NCBI GenBank assembly: GCA_965178125.1
Contig: OZ237755.1
Coordinates: forward strand, 806,001-870,000
Length of the DNA stretch: 64,000 nt
Origin: Bilabrum cf. latius
Taxonomy: Eukaryota
Reading direction: 5' to 3'
Under the pieces are notes generated by a model. That model was not told the DNA's origin, made no database searches, and saw nothing but the letters and a program-made list of their open reading frames with translations. Positions within the stretch are counted from its first letter, which is position 1. The number at the start of each line of letters is the position of its first letter. Positions 24,301 through 36,608 of this stretch are shown in pieces. The translations under genes were made by a program, and so were the position numbers.

Positions 24301-25593
24301 GCGGGTATTCACAGCCAGCGATATTCTCTGTGCCCTGGTCTGGCGAGCTGCCGCCGCGAGTTTATTCCACTCACGAAGTATCATTTGCTAGCATTGATGC
24401 CTCTTTTTCTTCGAATTCCAGCGAGATTCCTTTGCGATGGCCCGGAACCCCCGCCGTACGAGGGCAAGACGCCGACATCGCCGTGCCAGCCGCAGCGGCA
24501 CACATCGCCCCCGCACAAACTTACGAATGCGAATGACAGCTTGCAACCGAGTCGCAGCTCTGATAATGCGCGCCAGTCTCATCCGCCTTATGCATTGCCG
24601 GCCTCGTCGCCGTGCCTGTCTCGCAGCCAGTGCTCTTGCTGCCGCGCGCCGTCTTGCAGACTTCTGCCACCATCTCACGGCCTTGCGAATCCGGGTGGCT
24701 TGCACAAATCTAAGCCACGCCTGCCTAGTCACCATCAACCGACAACCCTTTGACCACAAATATGACGCCTTCCAGTGGCCCAAGGCTGCTGCGGCCCTGC
24801 AGCGGCGCACCCTCGATTTCCAAAGCAACATCCTCGCCCAGTGCAGCAGTGCAGCTCGTTCGGCGCGTTCCTTGCAGGCGCTAGACACTCGAGCGTGGCA
24901 ATGACGAATTCGGACAGTGTACTTCACGCGCACCTGCCAATTTTTGAACGATCGTCTTATCCTATTTCGAAACTCCATCATCTCGGCGGCGCGCATTATA
25001 CCGTGCCGCCTCGCTTCCGCTCGCCATGCCAGCAAGTTCCTCTTCAGTACGGCAGTACTGTCACAAGCAATTGCTTTATGTGGGGTAGAATCGAATGACA
25101 CCGCTTCACTTGTAGCTTCAGAAGCTGAAACCCTTGCCCCAGATCCAGGGATACTTCGGGCGTCTGGCAACTCGTTCAGCATTGCTAGGACTGCGGCCAC
25201 TTCAGTCTCACTTGCTGTAGACTCTACATCACTCTGACTCTGCATGTATCTAATTCGAGGGCTCTTCGCACCCAGCAGTCCCAGCAGTCTTGGTTGAACG
25301 CCGGGTGGCTCCACAGCAGGCATCTTGCCAGCCTGAGGTGCAAGGGTTGCATTGTCGGCGAAAAGTAGAGAGCTAGAGGCTTCTAGCTACGACTTTGCCG
25401 CCAATACGATAGCCTCGACGCTAGGACTCGACTACTTTACTGTCTAGGTTGCTTGCTACGCTGCCTGTACGGTTCCGAACCGTTGGCGAATTCGGGAATC
25501 CAGTTCGACAACACACTATCTGTCATGCAGCAAGGGCGGCGTACTTTCGGGTGATTTCCTTGTAAGTATCGAACCATTCCATTCACGATTCAT
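21358..25593 (-). CDS. Sfi1-like centrin-binding repeat protein (~1400 aa)
   Basis: At least six same-frame ORF pieces linked by TAG, stop TGA 21358-21360. Arg/Ala/Leu-rich with periodic (L/F)xxW(R/K) motifs typical of Sfi1 repeats. The start is uncertain. Confidence 0.7.
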
Positions 25594-26066
25594 TCTGTGG
25601 TGTATTTGAGAAATACGAATCGACGATATGGGTGGCTGTCTCCACGGGCTCAGTAGCCTTGCGCCTTCATGCTGTGCCTAGCAAGGGCTAGCCCTCGCTG
25701 ACCGACATTCATTGTGAGTTGGCCACCTGAACCGGGAGTTTGCAATCGATTTGTGCGTTGGCACAATGTTGCAACTTGCCAGTAGGTGGCTCAAGGCTGT
25801 GATGATCAATTGCGGCACGCCTTGACACTGCACACACTACTCGAATTGTGACCACCAGCAGACTAGCTTGTTGCAACTTGCAGCTGTTAATATTTGGAGC
25901 GGCTACGACATTTGAAGCTGAGACTAGCGCACGACACGAAAGACCAAGCAAAGACAGCAAAAGAGGGCACGAGCTGCCGGACAATCGTTGGCTGCTGCCA
26001 CACAGCTGCGACAGGGGCACGCGGTTCATTGCCCACCAATGCACAATTCGGGTTGGCGGCAGCACC

Positions 26067-27215
26067 TCAGCTGTACTCAGCCTGGGCTACCTCCTCCAGC
26101 CAGCTGAGCTGCCCCACGGTGATCTCGGTGCAGTGCGGGCACAGCTCGTTTAGCTCTTGCTGCAGAATCCTGTAGCCGTTCTCGTCCAATCGATCTAGGA
26201 GCTGTGCCATTACGTATTGGGGCTGCGGCCTGCCATGAGTTGACTTCTCGTCTGGAATTCCTGCTCCCGGCCAAGAGCCTTGGAAGTGAGTCCGGTAATG
26301 GAGCTCGAAGGAGACCTGGTTCGGCGGGCGCTTGCCATTCTCTGCTTCCGTAAGAATGGTTTCGAATAGATTGAATTCGCTGCCTTCGATGTCTGCCTTC
26401 AGCAAGTCTACCTGCTCTACACCGATCAGCTTCAATGCCTCCGTCCATTCGATCGATTCCCCGACCTTGTCCGTTGCGGGCTTGTACCGGTCAGAAATGC
26501 ATATCCTGTGCATCTTCACAAACGAAGGAACCTTGTTGCTTTTCAACAGTCCCTGGGACACAGTGCAATCGAAGGTATGGAACGTTGCTTGCGGGATAGC
26601 CCTCTTCATGCCCTATTCGAACGAAAAGTCGCCATTGCTTCCAAGCGACGCGACCACGAACTTGTCTCGAACTTGCTTCTCATAGTCAAGACCGGTCAGC
26701 CATTTTCCGCCATCTCCTGCGCCACCAATACGCTTCAGCCGGCTTTGCGGCCAGTCAACGGTGGGCTTGATCATATCGAACCTGGCGTGACCAGTCGGCC
26801 CCTCCGCCTCTCTGCTGATGATGTCCGCCCAGATTTTCTTTACGTCGTTTCTCGTCGATTGCGTCACTGCGGAGACTGCTGCAGCTGGTGTAGAGGTCGG
26901 CTATGGCGCATCGCTTGCCAGCGGTGGCTCAGGATCAGCAGGGCTGCCAGCTTCTGATGGCAGTGGGAAGTGAGAAGGCGTCACATGCTGGGCTGCTGGC
27001 GAACCAGTGGATGCATCGTAACTACTGTGAGTATCTCCTCGCAATTCGGCATGTGGGGCTTTCTCCATCGGGCCAGAGCAACCGGACTTGCCGACTAGAT
27101 AGCTGACAGGTACAGCAACCAGCAGTACAGCGCTTAATGCAATGACTGCCCTGTTTTGGGTTGAAGCCATAACGAGTGTGGTGTTATTCCCGGGCTTCCT
27201 ATACCTTGACTCCAT
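26067..27215 (-). CDS. Type II membrane SAM-dependent methyltransferase (METTL24/FkbM-like)
   Basis: Three same-frame ORFs linked by TAG (26901, 26613). N-terminal TM helix. Motifs RIGGAGDGGKW, SLGSNGDFSFE, FHTFDCT, DLLKADIEGSEF, QVSFELH. Stop is TGA. Confidence 0.8.
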
Positions 27216-28589
27216 CCATGGATTCAACCATCGGTTTTAATTTGTTCCAAAGTTTAACACGCTACAAAGCAGCAGAATTGATGGATTCACGGTTATGCAT
27301 TACTGCATATGTTGGGCCGTGAATGGAGGAGAGCAGACGGGATGGGTAGGGCTACTAGGCCTACCGCGCACGAGGATCTGACCTCGCGCCCAAGGGAGTA
27401 GTCCTCCCGGCGGATGGGTACCTGCTTGGCGAAGGATGCCGGCACTGTCCCCACCCCAATGCAAGCAGTGCTTGTACTGAATCCCCTGGATCACCTCGGC
27501 CCCAACCTTCTTGCCGGTGGTGTGACGGAGGGGACGGAACGGTACTCGTGCCTTGGGGAGGGGGGCGGTGTGTCGAGCAATCTCGGAGCCACGCGGGGAC
27601 AGTCCCCGGTGGAGGCGACCTACGGGGATGAGTTCCAGCACAATACGCCTGCTCTATGGGTAGATGGGGTGCTGAACGTGTCAGCGAGGCTGGGAGGTGC
27701 CAAGACGTGGGGGAGCACTGGGAGTGTACCGCAGGAGGTAGAAACCGAAAAGGGTCTGGAAGCTCGGAGGCCGTCGGGACGACATGGGCAGGCAGGGTCA
27801 GCCAAGTGTCGAGTGGCAGCAATGCATGTTGCCCCCGCCATGGTCTGAGTAGAAGGGCGCCTGTAAGGTCTGTCTTTTCAACATGCATAATCGTGATATC
27901 GTGCACCTTTGAGTTGAATTACAAACTATTAGAACCCCCCCATTGATTCACCTGCAGGAGAAAGAGGTGCTACCGACCCAGGCCGACAGGCTCACTTCTC
28001 CCATACTTTTGCTTGCAAGACGACAGGTCGGCGCGCAAGCAGCTGATAAGGGGGTGGATGCCCTGTCCGCCATCGTTGGATCCTCGAGCTCAGCGGCAGC
28101 AGCTTCTCTTTTCTGTGGATGCTGCCCAACGGGGGCCCAGGTGTTTGGATCGATGGGTCTCGACCTGCAAGATCTCAACCCGGGCTGACGTGCAGTTACC
28201 CCAAGGAACATACACCGATTACCATAGCCCCGCGGAATATAGAACCATCAACGAGCAGAGCCTTGGGAGAGGCTGCAGGAGCAGCAGTTGGGCGCAGGGG
28301 CGTTGATGCAGCAAGACGTGCCGAAGCAATGAGACGTGGCCTCCAACGGGCCGACAAGGCGCGGGATGGTTAGGCAGTGCAATGGTCGTATCGAGCTGCA
28401 GGGTAGCGAGCGATTCTGTGACCACAGAGCCGCAATCGGATTGCATGGACTTCGAATCCTTTCAGTCGCCGCACAAATCCTGATCTAGAATCTAGATCCG
28501 GCAAAATAAGAAAAAAGAGAATTTCGACGGATGGTGTCACAATAGTTGATTCAGCGACCTCTGTTTGGTGTCTGCCCCCAGTCTCACCA

Positions 28590-30994
28590 TCACTGCCTCA
28601 CCTCGACCCGCGAGCTGAGCAGCTGCTCCACCACGGACGGATCAGCGAGCGTGGTTGTGTCGCCCAGATCGTCCGCATCCCCAGCGGCCACCTTCCTGAG
28701 GATCCTCCTCATGATCTTCCCTGATCTCGTCTTGGGCAGCACCTGTGTGAAGTGGATGGCATCTGGCTTGGCGATCGGCCCGATCTGCTCCCGCACTAGC
28801 CGAACAAGCTCCGCCTGCAGCTCCTCCGACGGAGTCGAGCCGTTCTTGAGCGTGGTGAAGCAGTAGATGCCCTCCCCCTTGATGGGGTGAGGCACGCCGA
28901 CGACAGCCGCCTCCACCACGTTCTCGTTCAGCACCAGGGCCGACTCGACCTCCGCAGTCCCGAGGCGATGCCCGCTGACGTTGATGACGTCATCGGTCCG
29001 ACCCATGGCCCAGAGGTACCCATCCTTGTCAATGCGAGCCCCGTCTCCCGTGTTGAAGCTGCCGGGCTTGGAGGCAAACGTGCTGAAGTAGACCTCCTTG
29101 AAGCGGTCGTGGTCTCCGTACACAGTCCGCATCATGCCCGGCCACGGCTGCGCGTAGGTCAGGAAGCCAGCCTCGTCCGCCTCTGCCACCTCCCCGTCGG
29201 TGTGGAGGATCTCCGGCTTGACCCCGAAGAATGGCAGGCAGGCCGACCCGGGCTTGGTGGGCGTGCACCCCGGCAGCGGCGCGATCATCACACCCCCGGC
29301 CTCCGACATCCAGAGGGTGTCCACCACGGGGCACTGTTCCCTGCCCACCACCCTGTGGTACCAGAGCCAGGCCTCCGGGTTGATGGGCTCCCCCACAGTG
29401 CCCAGCAGCTTGAGGGAGGAGAGGTCGTGCTTCTTCACGGGCTCGTCTCCGTGGACCATGAGTGCCCTGAGGGCAGTGGGCGCCGTGTAGAAGTGGCTGA
29501 CCTTGTGCTTCTCGCAGATCTCCCACAGACGTCCCGGGTGGGGGTGCGTGGGCACCCCCTCGAACGCGACCTGGTGGGCTCGCTTCAGCATGGGCCCGTA
29601 TGTCAGGTACGTGTGCCCGGTCACCCAGCCGATGTCGGCGGTGCAGAAGTGCACGTCCTCGTCGGGGCGGTAGTCGAACACGTACTTGAACGTCTCCCCC
29701 GCGTACACCATGTAGCCTGCCTGGGTGTGGAGCACCCCTTTCGGCTTCCCCGTGCTTCCAGAGGTGTACAGGATGAACAGGGGGTCTTCGGCGTCCATTT
29801 CCTCGGGGGTGCATTCTGTGGAGGCGGCTTGCATGGCGGCATCCAGGTCCACGTCCCAGTCCTCCTGCCACCCTGGTGTGCCCACTCCAGTCCCCTCGCC
29901 TGCTCTGTGCGTGACGAGGCATTTCCGGACGGTGCCCCCTTGCTCGCGCACGAGATCGATGGCCTTGTCGACCGTGTCCTTGAGGGGAACCGCCTTTCCG
30001 CCGCGGACACCCGCGTCTGCTGTCAGCACAACATCGCTGTCGCAGTTCACGATGCGATCTGCCACTGCGTCCGCGGAGAAACCGGCGAATATCACAGAGT
30101 GCACTGCACCAATCCTGGCGCACGCAAGCAGGGAGAACATGAGCTGCGGGATCATCGGCATCACGATCGTGACTCTGTCGCCCTTGGATACCCCCTGATC
30201 GCGGAGCACGTTGCCCATCCTGGACACCTGCTCGAGGACCTCTGCGTACGAAAACGTCTGGCTGGTCCCATCGTCAAACTCCCAAGTTACAGCAGGTTTT
30301 GACCCGTGTCCTTCGTTAATATGCTTGTCAAGGCAATTCTCTGATACGTTCAGCTTGGCACCCTCAAACCATGACACGTCCGCATTCCCGTCCTCAAAGT
30401 TCCAGTCACAAACCTTGTTCCACTGCGCAAAGAGAGAGTCGGCATAGCAACCCAAAAAAATTCACAGTGACAACTTTGGCCAATACTAGCCTGCCTTATT
30501 TTGTCGGCATATGCTTGCATTTCGCATCATTCGAGTGCGGGCTTGCAAATGAAGGGGCCCAGCAAGCGTGGCAGGGAGATAAAGTTGAACTGAGCTGCAA
30601 AGGTAGCACTTGTAATAAATTACATGCAATATTCGCACATCCAGACTAAATACCAACGGTTTTCATCGAATCAATGGCGGAGCATGCGCGCAAACGTACC
30701 GTAGAACGCCAGCTTGCTCACCTTTCGTCGCCATGTGTAGCCCTATTCTGCAATATCCCCCCAAAACTACTCTGGATTCTCAATTGAATCTCTATACATT
30801 TCTCTGTACTTGGCTAGCGTAGGGATGTGCGACCGATTTGCAAAGGACTTCGGCGGGTTGTATATTTCATCTTCATGCACGAGCGGATGGTGCTCTGCGA
30901 CATCATCTGCTGTGTGTACTGCGCGAAGGCGGGGAGCCCAGGTTATTCTACGAAGCACAGATAACCTCTTCAGCCCTGCAACTCTTCTCAGCAT
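28590..30994 (-). CDS. ACS: Acetyl-CoA synthetase (AMP-forming), likely mitochondrion-targeted; intron 30423-30721
   Basis: Motifs LYTSGSTGKPKG, TADIGWVTGH, VGEPINPEAW, SGHRLGTAEVESAL, LPKTRSGKIMRR. Basic presequence MLRRVAGLKRL. A phase-0 GTGAG..GCAG intron joins YTWRRK to WNKV. Exon 1 has two TAGs. Confidence 0.95.
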
Positions 30995-31155
30995 TGTGTA
31001 CTTGAGGCTCAGCTTGTGATTGAAAGTTGATCCCGATCCAACATTTGGGCTCCGGATCAATTACAGCGAACGTTCACTAGACCTACAAACATGCTCGCCG
31101 ATACACCCCAAGTTCGTTGCCGACCTGGGCACTGATTGTTTGAATTGCGGGGCCA

Positions 31156-31818
31156 ATGACATTATCATTACTCTTCAATTCGACTTCGAGACTTGGACCC
31201 GGTTTCATCACTAGGTTAAGACATGACCCGCGGTTTGAAGATCCCGCATTTGAAGATGCGGCTCTGGCTACCTATCTTGGCGACGCTGTTCTCAAAGCGC
31301 TCCCCTGCGGTAATAACACTCACTATACATTTGATCCGGAGGCTGCACGCAAACAGCAAGTCGCAGCCTGGGTGCTTACGCGATGCAACGATGGTGATGC
31401 ACTTTTCGAGAGGGGTGACCTGGAAGGGGCATGGCAAAAGTACTCATAGGCAATTGACATGGAATCGTAGGACATAAGATCGCGACTGGGTCGTGCAGAA
31501 GTGTCGTTTGCTAGGAGCAGATGCGCCGCTGCAATCGATGACCTGCTAATAGCCCGCTAGATTCTGCTGCCTGGGCACGAGCTACTGCCACGAGTGACTG
31601 CGCTTGAGTCGCAGATCGAGCAACAAACTGGTGTACCAGTGGCATGTACAGCAGGCAGATCAATTAATGGAGGCTAGCGCTCGGATGAACAGCGCGACAA
31701 AGACTCACCCGAACGTGAACCTGGTGAACCTACGGAATCAGAAGGAGCAAGGCAGGCAACTTACGAATCACCATCTCAAGTGCAGCCATCCAAACGATCC
31801 AGATGGGATATTTCTTGA
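31156..31818 (+). CDS. TPR-containing protein ending in KRSRWD
   Basis: GDALFERGDLEGAWQKYS*AIDMES*D..RLGRAEVSFARSRCAAAIDDL fits TPR helices. Four in-frame TAGs, stop TGA 31816-31818. Confidence 0.7.
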
Positions 31819-32285
31819 CCATGCATTTCCGGCAGGCACTGCATGTCATGCCGGCAACGGATCGACTGTGCTCTCGGGTGGCTTGACGCCGTCCACCTGA
31901 GCGAAGTGGACTAAGCTTCCACCGCAATGTACTGAAGTATACATGCCATGGCTGGCATGTGTTCTGTCGCATGAGGCTATGCTCGGCGGCGATCGAGCCG
32001 GTACACTATGCGAGCCACGTTGCAGGGCTGGCTAGTCAATGAATACAAGGCTGCCATCCGCTCAACACCGTGTCAACAGCCCGCAACGGACGTAGCGCAT
32101 TCGGCACCGTTGAAGTGACAGTAGCTGATTCTGGCTGCCCATGCAGGGCGCAACATGGTCGTGAACGGGTTGTGCACGTCGATTCGGAGTCGAATCGAAA
32201 GGTATGATGGTGTGACAAGTGCGAGAGCACTCTGGCGATAATAAACGAGCATTTGTTCTTGTCCCAAAGATTCTCACGTATCTAA

Positions 32286-33818
32286 TCACCGCGCAAAGCG
32301 CGAGTCTGCATCCAGCACAACAGTATCCCATTCTTCAAGTCCCAGCATCCTCATGGTACTCGTCCGGTGCTGCCGCAGCCCCATGATCATCCTCGAAAAG
32401 GAGCTTCCCGTCGTGCCCATGAAGTCAAAGGACATGGCAGCCACGAGGATGTCCCCGATCGCGTGGTCAATCGAGGTGTGCCGCCCGCTGGGCTTGTTCT
32501 TGATATCTTCCAGCACGAAGGCTCTGGCGCCTAATTTGTCGTGGAGGAACTTCTGCGTCTCTTGGTTATCAGTGGCAATGTGCACCTTCAGCTAGCCGTC
32601 TGGGTCCCGCCTCTTGATCCACTTCAAGTACTCATCCTCTTTGGTGTACAGCTTGTTTGGCAGGTCAGTGCGTCGCACGTGGATCGCGAGGAAGCGCTCA
32701 CTTCCATCCTTCTGCATCTGCTGCAGAGTACCACGCACGAAGTCGACAACTCTTGGGACCGGCCGGAGCAACCCGAACGGCTCCGGGAAGAAGTCATATC
32801 CGCGATCGAACACGGTGTAGATTGTCTTGACGTCGATCTTCGCTCCTTTTGGAAGGTCCTTCTTGTCATGCAGGGTGACGTTCCATAGGCTAGGGTCTGG
32901 CTGCTGGAGGAGACCTGGAACGTCCGTGGGGCAGTGTGGAGAGCGTGTCCAGTATACCTCTAGTTGCTTGCCGTGCTCCTTAGCCCACTTCGCAAACGAC
33001 AGGATGGTGCGCAATTGGTTGCACATGCCAGCAGAAGTCTCTAGGCGGAGTGTGCTACCGGAAGCGAGTGCTTTGCGAAGTATTTCAGGATGTCGCTTCA
33101 GCTGTCCCTGGTCCTCACTGCTGCTTAGGTCTTCTACCACACTATTAATCATGGCATTTTCCAGGCTGTTGGCATTTGGGCCGTCCTTTGGGGCAAGCGA
33201 AACAAGAAGCTTGCCTTTGGCGAGCTCAAGCGCCCCGCTGGCCACTCCGTCGCTCTCGTGGTGCTCCACCGAGGCAAACGCAAAGTCGCAACCTAACTCG
33301 GGACTTGGATCGCCGTTTCTAGGTTTGTCGCATCGGAAAGCCAAATGAATCTCTCCGTTGGTGAATCGCTCGTCCGGCTGAACCTGGTTGCCGTACACGC
33401 ACCGTGCCCCAGTACCAGCGAACTAAACATCATCGAGAAATGGTTCGTGTCTGGTATGGAGGTCAGTTGCAGCTATCGGATCAACTGCCCAAAATGAGAA
33501 CGACTTGCTTGCTTGCCGCGTTGCTACGTGAATGTTGTGCTTTGCAATTTTCGCGCGAAGCTCGTCGTCGTTGACTTCGATGGGAACATCAGCCTCCCCC
33601 GTAATGCAGAGGGCAAAACTAACACTAGTGTTCTTGGATGAGACATGCCAAATAGGCACCTGCGCTAGCTGCCCTTCCCGTTGGTTAACAATATGCGTTG
33701 GAGAAGTTTGCCCAAATAAGTTCTTTGCAAGCTGGCGCGCAGACGGTAGCGATGCCAATACTTGCATGGACAATACTACAAACATTAAATACGCAACCGA
33801 TGCCACTTCTTTTCTCAT
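32286..33818 (-). CDS. GDP-fucose-dependent fucosyltransferase-like protein (GT11/GT23/NodZ-type motifs)
   Basis: N-terminal TM. Motifs AGMCNQLR, LAIHVRRTD, HIATDN, FMGTTGSSFS. Three same-frame ORFs linked by TAG (33423, 32592). Stop is TGA. Confidence 0.8.
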
Positions 33819-34138
33819 GGTTCGCCAGCCTGGCCCAGAGTCGACGCCTGCGTCTCGATTCAATCTTCATCTTCACTTCTAGGCAACATCAACTCTGGTG
33901 TTAGAGAACCCCCAGATTTGTCCGGGGGATTCCAAGCTTAAAATCGACAGGTACCGTCGATTTCCCGACCAAAATCGACAAAGTTGGACAAATCTGGGGA
34001 TTTCGGGACGCTAAAATCGACGTTGTATTTTTTTAATCCGAATCGTTTGGGGAGTCGAGCACACCTCCACACTCCTTCCGTGTTTCGTCCAGCACGGCTG
34101 TTCGATCGCCGCATTCTTCGACCTTATCACAATTACCA

Positions 34139-36501
34139 ATGGCAGGTGCATCTGATGACTCTGGGTTTGACGCCACTGGTAAAGCCGTGCTATCAGGCGG
34201 GCTCGGTGAGGAGTTTGCGGCCGCCACTGGTGGCGTCGGTGCCCCCAGTCTGGGCGCATCATCCATTAGTATAAGATCTTCATCTCAGAGTGAGCGATTG
34301 AGGTATTAGTGCTGATGAGGGCAACGAATGGTGCGTTTGATGCTTGTGGCTGTTGAGAAGCGGGATTGCTTTCCTCTCTACAGACACTTTCGCAGAGCCC
34401 GCAGTCGTCCATGTTGAGCTTGCTAGCGTTCGCGAAGTGCTGATGGGCCTTAGATGCCTCAAGGCACCGTAGGGGAACGAAAGGGCGGTAGCCGTTATGG
34501 AGGAGTTGGCAGCCGTGCTCCAAAAGCCGATGAATCGAGACGCATCTGGCTAGCGGGTTCCAGACCTGGGCCGACTGGCGCGCGCCCTTGGACGTGCGCC
34601 AAAAACTGCCAAAATAACTGACTGGGACCATAAGGCGATCGTCCCAATGCCGATCAAGAAGAAGCTGCACAAGACGCACCTTCTTAAGAGAGAGCTCGTC
34701 TAGACGTTTGCTGAGATGTGGGCCGCCGAGCTCCACGCTCTGGTCCAGGTGAGCCCCGGTGATTCGATACGGTGTTGTCTGTGGCTGCCTGCGCACAGCT
34801 TCGTATGTAATCTGCGTACGGTCCTGTTATATAGTCTGATCGCAGGCGTACACTGTCACCAACGACACGAACAAGCCAAACGCGAAGACGAACACGTCCG
34901 GAGCCAGCACCAAGAAGGACGTCAAGGAGGTGTTTGAGACGGAGTTCGCCAGCCGGTTCAAGGGACTCATGAAACAAGTCAACGTGGGAGGGAAGCTCCA
35001 TGTAGTGAAGCTCCCACGGTCGCCTCAAGGCGTGCCGCACGTCACCCGCGCAGCCGCCCAACATTCAAAGGGCTCCTCGTCCTCCAGCTCGTCAGCTGCA
35101 GCGGGTGGACAGGCAGGTGAGGGGGTCGCAGAGCGAGTTAAGGCCTTCCTCGGGATGTGGGGCAGCAGCGGCTGGCTGACGACGAACGACGACGGTGCAA
35201 AGATATTCAGCAACGCCTTGGAAGGCTTTGTTCAGGCTCTGGGAAGCAAGCAGGCCATATCCGCCTTCTATATCTAGACGCGCGTGCAAGTCGACTCTAG
35301 GGTCGCAAGAGCAATGGCCGCGCATTCGCATGAAGGAGGGGGAGAGATTGTCACCCAAGACGTGACCGACATCGCGTCGGGGCGGTTTGCGACGCAGATG
35401 AAGCTTGCGAAGCTTGCCCAGAAAGCTGGAGAGCAGCAGAAGCACGAAGAGGAAGGAAGAGCGTCTGCATTGAGTGCTAGATCAAGCTCCAGCTCCAAGG
35501 CCGCCTCCAGCTCCAAGGCCAGTTGCAGCACCAGCACCAGCACCAGCACCAGCACCAGCACCAGCCCCAGCCCGCGCCCCAGCTTCAAGGCAAAGGCCCG
35601 CTCCCGCCCCAAGGCCGGCCGCCGCTCCAAGGACGGCACCGGCGCATCCGGCTAGAAGTCGAGAGGCAAGGCTGCAGGCCCAGAGCGCCTCGCCGGGAGG
35701 AAGAGGAAGGGGGGCCCGGACAGCAGCCAGACTGCCGACTCTTCAGCCTTAGCTCAGCTGATGAAGGACTCCAACTAGATGCAAGCTGCATCGGTTACTG
35801 TGGCGAAAGGCATCACCCAGGACTTCGTGGCGGCAGTGGCCTTCTTGAAGTCTCAGGGATTAAGTGCCCTGGCGCAGCGGCTGCTACTCAAACAGGGCGC
35901 GGTCCAGGACAAAGTAGACATGGTCGGTGCGGAGCTGTGGAGCGCCAGAGTGTCTGGGCTCGAGGGGTTGTACTCGCCCTCGCAACAATCCAACATCCGT
36001 GAGGCAGGAGGTGAGGCTTTGTGGAGAGTGTACAGAAGCCTCGTTACTGCCAGTGTCATCCCACCGTAGGATTAGGCCAGGGTGACAGAACTTCTGGACA
36101 ACATGGCCAGTTCCCCATAGCCCAGCGCCATCAGTAGCAGCAGCAGCAAGTCATCCTCCTCTGGGACCGCCACCATGGACGACGAAGGCTCGGCTGGGGG
36201 CAGGAGGGGGCTCAGGGTCGCATCATCCTTCAGTACCGGTAGCGGCCTCAGTACCGCGCAACTCGTGCAGCGGCTGCAAGGTAGCCAGGCGGCTGGGATT
36301 GGTCTTACAGGTGTCGGCCAACCAGCTCCAGGAGCTTCACCTGCCGTGGTGATGTCACCTATGGGCTTGCCTGCAGAAGCCATGGGCTTTGATCCCCCCA
36401 CGGATGCGACGAGCATGGGGGTAGTAGCGGCTGCAGAAGAGCAGGGTGCATCCGCTCCTGCCTACTCGGGACCCCCGCCCGACGAGGAGGGCGGGCTGTG
36501 A
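34139..36501 (+). CDS. Harbinger accessory protein (ORF2); introns 34290-34383 and 34749-34845
   Basis: Three exons joined by frame-preserving GTGAG..CAG introns, many in-frame TAGs, stop TGA. NLS-like AGRKRK. Occupies the position of the Myb/SANT partner gene, but no domain was recognised. Confidence 0.65.
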
Positions 36502-36608
36502 TTGTCAGTGCGAGCTGCACCATGGGCTGTACTCAAATGAGTGATGTGAGCATGCTTGGACCACGAGATAAGTACCACACACATGCAGTGTCAATCCACG
36601 TTAAGCAA

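Noticed and set aside
27300-28450. Possible gene or TE relic between the methyltransferase and ACS
   Set aside because: No frame gives a coherent or recognisable protein.
34312-34330. Hammerhead-ribozyme-like CTGATGAG..CGAA core (also ~55103-55120)
   Set aside because: The conserved core is incomplete and no supporting stems were found.
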